A stretch of 64,000 nt of DNA from Felis catus (Eukaryota). Location of the stretch: positions 123,506,001 through 123,570,000 of the forward strand of contig NC_058368.1 in assembly GCF_018350175.1 (NCBI RefSeq), in the 5' to 3' direction. The notes beneath the pieces were generated by a model, which did no database searches, had not been told where the DNA came from, and saw nothing but the letters and a program-made list of their open reading frames with translations. Positions 61,601 to 64,000 of the stretch are shown in pieces (positions within the stretch are counted from its first letter, which is position 1; each line of letters starts with the position of its first letter). The translations under genes and the position numbers were made by a program.

Positions 61601-64000
61601 AAAAAGTTTTTCAGAGTAACTATTTACATTTGGGCAGTCTGAATTAGAGACATCAGTGGTTCTCTGAATCTATGCTAGTTCTACAGGAAGTACCCAAGGT
61701 TACCTAGAGTATATGAAAAGATAGTGACAATTCTGGCACATTATGGTTAATTTCCTTATCTTGTAGTCTTAAACTTTAATTCTAGTAACCTTGCTCATAA
61801 ACTCAAGTCAATAGTCATAAATGCGAGTACATATCAGTAGTCCTTAACCATTTCTGTGAAGTCTCATCATTTGCAGTAAACTTATTCACAAATTTTGCAT
61901 ACTAATTAGAGTTTCTAAGTCCCAAAAACCACTGAGGGGATGCAATTATAACCCTTTTGGGAAAGGTACAGATGGTAGAGCAGTTTATTACCAAGACTAT
62001 ACTGAGAAGCAATTCAAGGTTGATGTGTTACTGATGAAGGTGAAACTATAAATTCCTTTAATATTTTTTTGTGTTGAAGATTGAAATAAGCTCTCCTTTG
62101 TCTTCTCCAACCACTCTCCCTAAGACAAACAACCATATCACTTCTTAGAAGTCAGCTTATATTGTGAACTTCCAGAGGGCAAATAAAAGAAGCGCTGAGT
62201 CCCCAGAAAACCAGGGAGTGAATGCACACAGATACTGCTGCACATTCACTGGGTGCAATTAAAGGTCTCTAAAAGTGGGTATGTTTTCATTTTAATCAAT
62301 AGGCCAAGGAACTAAGGCAACAATGAGATCTTGCCACAGAGAAAGTACCAATTAAATCAAGTAAGGCCCTTTCTATTTCGAATTCTTTTTCTTCTTAAAA
62401 CATGTTCATATAAGAGTTTTAATGAGTGTGAACGAAAGCTTCAGAATTTGAAATGCATCTTAAACAATTTATGGAAAACTTCCCAAAATATATTTATGCT
62501 TCCTGTTATATACACAGTACCATCAAGAAAATTCAAACCTTTTTATGATGTGTTCTTATGAATATCTATAATTTAACTTGAAACCTGCAGAGCTAGTAAG
62601 AAGAATGAGCTTACTCAATTCCTCCAAAACTGCTCTAATTTTCTACTTGGTATTCCGTAGTCTCCTTTCTTGTCAGCCGCCAACTTTCAGAATGTGCATG
62701 TAACCGCCATATTCTAATGTGTTATTTAGCAAAAAGTGAAGGCACCAGAAGAAAATAGTAACTCAAACTTAGAAATTAGTAACTCTATTTTCAAATGCAA
62801 TTCTAAGTCAATAGGCCATGGAACAAAGATGGGTCCCACTCTTTTGCCAAATAAAGTGTACAGGATTTAGGACAGCTACTTGAAGACATTTTTCCATAAA
62901 CTGTGGTTTTCTGTTTCAGACAGAGGGAGTTATTGTAAATTTGACTGGAAATAAGGATGTTAGTGTACAGTATATCCGAGGCAAAAGTACTATTGATTTC
63001 AAATTTAGAAATGATAGTTCATAGAACACAGCACACTATCTTAAAAAATATTTATTAAAGTTGAAGCACAGAAAAAGTGATTTCCTCAAGATGACTCTGC
63101 TAAAAGAAAACCACACCAGCCAAAAAATCAATGTGTTGTTGCTAACTACTCTTTCTTTCACAACATATTCCTTTTATAACGTATTGCGTTTTGTATCACA
63201 GAGTGATTATAATGACCCACTACTGCTAATACACTCACTTTGAGTTGCTAGCGCTGGTGACAGGTGTACTGAGGCATTTTGGTTTCTTTCTGACCAACAG
63301 TACACATTCGTAAGGGGATGTGAACCAGGTAAGGGATCTAAACAGGGATAAATAAGACGCGGTCCTTGTCTTCATGGAGCTCAATTACTAGTGGAGTCAT
63401 TAAGTAACTATGCAAATAAACTGCGAAAGGGAAATACAGGGTATCTAGAGAATAAATGAGGATGAAACGATACAATCTGAGCAGTCAGGGTCTGTGAGGA
63501 AGTCCATACCACCAGAGCCACCTGACTAATCCTTTAAACATGTAAATTACCTAAGGTCTCTCTTACATTTCATGCCAACACTAGCCCCTTCTCTTTCATT
63601 CTACCCATGGACTTTCTTCTTTTTTTATTTTTTTTTGTTAACATGCCAAGCTTGTTCCCATCTTAGGGCCTTTGCCCTTGTCCCCTCAGCCTCAAACATT
63701 GTCTTCAGATCTTCTAATAACTGGATGCTTCGAACCACCTCAGCATAGATGTTTCCTCAGGGAAGCCATCCCTGTTCTAAGCAAAAACAGACTCTACTAT
63801 TCAATTCGTTCTTTACCAAGTCACTTTTCTGATTTTTGTCGCACTTTTTGTTTTATTTGGATGACCCTGAAAAATATTTAACATGGTTTTATGAGTTAAC
63901 TCATAACATTAGTCCCCCTAGTCTCGTTTCCCTCTTAGGATTTTTACATCTCAGCTAGGCTTAAGGATTTTCACAAACGCCAGCCTTACAGTTGTTAGTC

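Noticed and set aside
6662..61642. Recurring small ORF family (MAQSVKRLTSAQVMIS...) as a novel peptide family
   Set aside because: These are translations of Can-SINE bodies, mostly from GTG/TTG starts, with no coding evidence.

Overview
This is mammalian genomic DNA from a carnivore, almost certainly a felid, judged from abundant tRNA-derived Can-SINEs including near-consensus SINEC_Fc-type copies. It holds two spliced protein-coding genes, both on the minus strand. (1) CCNO (cyclin O): exons 1-2 and the start of exon 3, with its CpG-island promoter (about 1.3-2.6 kb). (2) DHX29 (DExH-box helicase): 26 coding exons (exons 2-27 by comparison with the 27-exon human gene) from 59550 to the stop at 20588. 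I walked every exon; all introns are GT-AG, the phases join without frameshift, and the exons total 3917 coding nt. Exon 1 lies beyond the window. The rest is intergenic or intronic DNA with roughly 45 Can-SINEs, nested L1 fragments, L2/MIR, MaLR/ERVL LTRs, hAT-derived MERs and microsatellites. Repeat family names come from remembered consensus sequences and their boundaries are approximate. I found no convincing new biological system. The best leads are modest: two DHX29 exons that begin with strong 5' splice-site motifs (candidate in-frame re-splicing), a symmetric E2F/X-box/E2F layout at the CCNO promoter, an L1 arranged 3'-piece-before-5'-piece in DHX29 intron 12, an internally duplicated MER53 hairpin, and tail-less young SINEs.
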